This document shows positions 59,201 through 60,404 of a stretch of DNA of 60,404 nt, piece by piece. Source of the DNA: a virus (taxonomy: Duplodnaviria > Caudoviricetes); IMG/VR virus record IMGVR_UViG_3300013006_001053, positions 1 through 60,404 of that record; one strand, 5' to 3'. Position 1 is the first letter of the stretch. Every line of letters begins with the position of its first letter. The position numbers and the translations under genes were made by a program. The notes beneath the pieces are model-generated. The model saw only the letters and a program-made list of their open reading frames with translations. It made no database searches and was not told the DNA's origin.

Positions 59201-60404
59201 TATTTTTTAATATGGCAAGTACAACATCTTCTGCAGGGGCTTACTTTGTTGAACTTGTAAGGTACAACCCAGAAGATCCAAGGACACCAGGAACAGTTTA
59301 CAGTCCTCCACAATATAAATATTTATTGCTAGCAAGAGACATATCAAATGACACAATGTTTTGGTCAGAAGTTACTGGGGAATGTATAAGCATTGTAAAT
59401 AATTTTTCAAAAATAATTAAAAAAACTTCAGTCGGCAAAGAATATCAATACTCCTATGTAACAGATAACCCCTTTAACCTTAAAGTAGTAACAACTATTT
59501 CAGATGGTTCAGATGGAGAAAAGGGTACCGTAGCAGATAACAAGGTGATATTGTCAATATTTTTAAACAACGTGGAGATAGTTGGATGGCAAGAATTTAA
59601 AACAGACGATTACAATGAGACTACAAATCCTGGAGGTTCTGGTTGGAAATCAACTGAAGTTAATAATTTAACAGGCATGAGACAAAAGCCATACTTTGAT
59701 ACTAGTATTCAAGTAGGCTCTAAGTTTGGATTTCATGCATCAATGTCTCCCGTAATGCCTCCAAACCTACACTCAGAACCTGAATATTTTGATCAAGGAA
59801 CAAGAGTTTCTCCTGCAGCACTTAGAGAAATTCATGCAACAGAAAAAGCATTAACAGAAAGAAGTGTTAGTTATTTTTATCAAGATAGAGAATTTTTAAA
59901 TGGACTAATTCAAGACCAGCCACTATATTCAAATTCAATTACTTATCTAATGCAATCAACGCCTGAAGTAGCAGGTATTAATTATTATGATGTTCAGTAT
60001 ACAACTCCTGCAGCAGTATCGGTTGATGTTTTACCAGTTGAATATATGTGGTATTATTTTCCAGGAACTGATCAAGATGATCAAAAAAATTATCAAAAAA
60101 AGTTAATTGACGAATATTCCCTTTCTTATTCAACACCCATCAATACAGGCTTTAGAGCAAAGATGGCAATTGCAAATAACTCTTCCAATATGGTATTTTT
60201 ACGTAAAGACGCAGACTCCCTTGACCAGTTTACAATCAACCTTAACCTATGGACACACGAAATCGTAGCCCCCTCAGATCCTGAAATTTTGGAGGTATTG
60301 ATTGATCAATCTAATGGTTCAGAGGTAGCACAGTTAGACTCAGAATGGATTCAGTCAAAACAGGCAGCACAAAGAATGCTCAAGACCGTACAAATGGGTA
60401 TTGA
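56236..60404 (+). CDS. Large tail-tip/baseplate hub protein (runs off window edge, >1380 aa)
   Basis: Not in the ORF track. ATG at 56236 overlaps the upstream TAA, and the frame appears open to the end. Ser/Thr-rich beta content. Confidence 0.8.
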   Translation, partial: MLDTVDSGIFTNSDSVGLVPTVSAEWNHNLFNPPYVTIAGDITAMTLSSPSSTGTLASATTGESKPNFTTKKFTMASGQGFLQYSVTADGGDAYKIITYVKTNNSMPIMANAFAEGTKTQFGSSQEEVSSLGWTKITTYIGTSQSASDTISSFVYRINFNVLSGITDNPTVYFTVPEVYKTSYEDYKYGSFWPTDSVFTYFRPGESYVSSGNTNCSFPSNYRKITSPTITGYTAATYSPMSSITQMPSFFLASPPVPALKSSLPTDISPYKYFVSDGTSNVITAKYEKGILTNKIIVKFNTLVTIPSIKIKVNNSFITVDGSETISMPTNADGFTVGLLALYWTGTAWTKTKWTTMPTFTNSGSISQTMSLTSISVSQVSKTIRSQFSSYTNTTFTNDLVKMQLIEVSPRLEVDLSSFVQNITIDKSLDGQDSVLPIASINANSCNIDLSAIPLLNNNEIVNIFSSQSDSASTVLSSILRKNIKFYVNFNLFQHSDLSASTVTSANNYIPGGVFYSDSWDESDIETVSIQCFDISRYLQYTPAPDYVVNLKSIFEIITNILDLAGFTDYDYDSLYNICNNKANPMDISYFYCNSKDSTIVDTLNKIFVAYQIGAYIDEYGIMKFLSLHNILSSNASTLSLSDFNIKQGGFSISNKAKPGKISLRYQIPKVKQSPSLQNVTDPMIKNSPSFLYATSNDVVWQQQSIDSVGFNYINADMEKNSNKFNINVNDLQNIFHTFNRDASGYAFIENEIVSFLYKEYEISKSGGTPIKVSIKNDMELQSEINNFIKQNNVGLKTSYATITNVARSGSAVVYTAANTFKVGQKVSITGVNPKTYNINGTISARTSTSFSIVDAAAGTYVSGGEATVPFDYEVLVTPTGNITNVQRGLYGTVPAAHARITTLASKALSEKKFNDSTLALTASSGYTSVIDDNAGETSLPSIKKIKVSETLYGGIERLLIYPTTETNIGYNTYSVKFDMPDQSVASAGLFFNMASTTSSAGAYFVELVRYNPEDPRTPGTVYSPPQYKYLLLARDISNDTMFWSEVTGECISIVNNFSKIIKKTSVGKEYQYSYVTDNPFNLKVVTTISDGSDGEKGTVADNKVILSIFLNNVEIVGWQEFKTDDYNETTNPGGSGWKSTEVNNLTGMRQKPYFDTSIQVGSKFGFHASMSPVMPPNLHSEPEYFDQGTRVSPAALREIHATEKALTERSVSYFYQDREFLNGLIQDQPLYSNSITYLMQSTPEVAGINYYDVQYTTPAAVSVDVLPVEYMWYYFPGTDQDDQKNYQKKLIDEYSLSYSTPINTGFRAKMAIANNSSNMVFLRKDADSLDQFTINLNLWTHEIVAPSDPEILEVLIDQSNGSEVAQLDSEWIQSKQAAQRMLKTVQMGI

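Overview
This 60 kb window is part of an AT-rich tailed (siphovirus-like) dsDNA phage genome. The host is very probably actinobacterial, judged from leaderless genes and PafBC-, WhiA- and Crp-type sites. Bases 1-22,000 are mostly minus strand: a glycan-modification trio (FkbM methyltransferase, epimerase, glycosyltransferase), three tRNAs, a repeat-rich DnaA-box region that looks like an origin, and about 40 small early-type genes (DUF932, GP88, EndoVII). Bases 22,000-60,404 are mostly plus strand: HNH endonuclease, collagen-like protein, four 2OG-Fe(II) oxygenases, transglycosylase, fibre proteins, class II RNR, portal, protease/scaffold, capsid, neck, tail, a 2415-aa tape measure and tail-tip genes. 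The most striking unexplained signal is regulatory. The early region has about 15 promoters of the exact form TGTCRG-N10-TANNNT, the actinobacterial PafBC/RecA-NDp DNA-damage promoter. They are interleaved with about 10 Crp boxes, DnaA boxes, GACACGC (WhiA-like) motifs and a GCCGGG tag. Five copies of a covarying H-type RNA pseudoknot sit just after stop codons. Other oddities are kinase- and HNH-like cargo inside the tape measure, a free-standing copy of the capsid N-arm, and tail chaperones made by duplication rather than frameshift. All product calls come from motif recognition by eye, not database searches.
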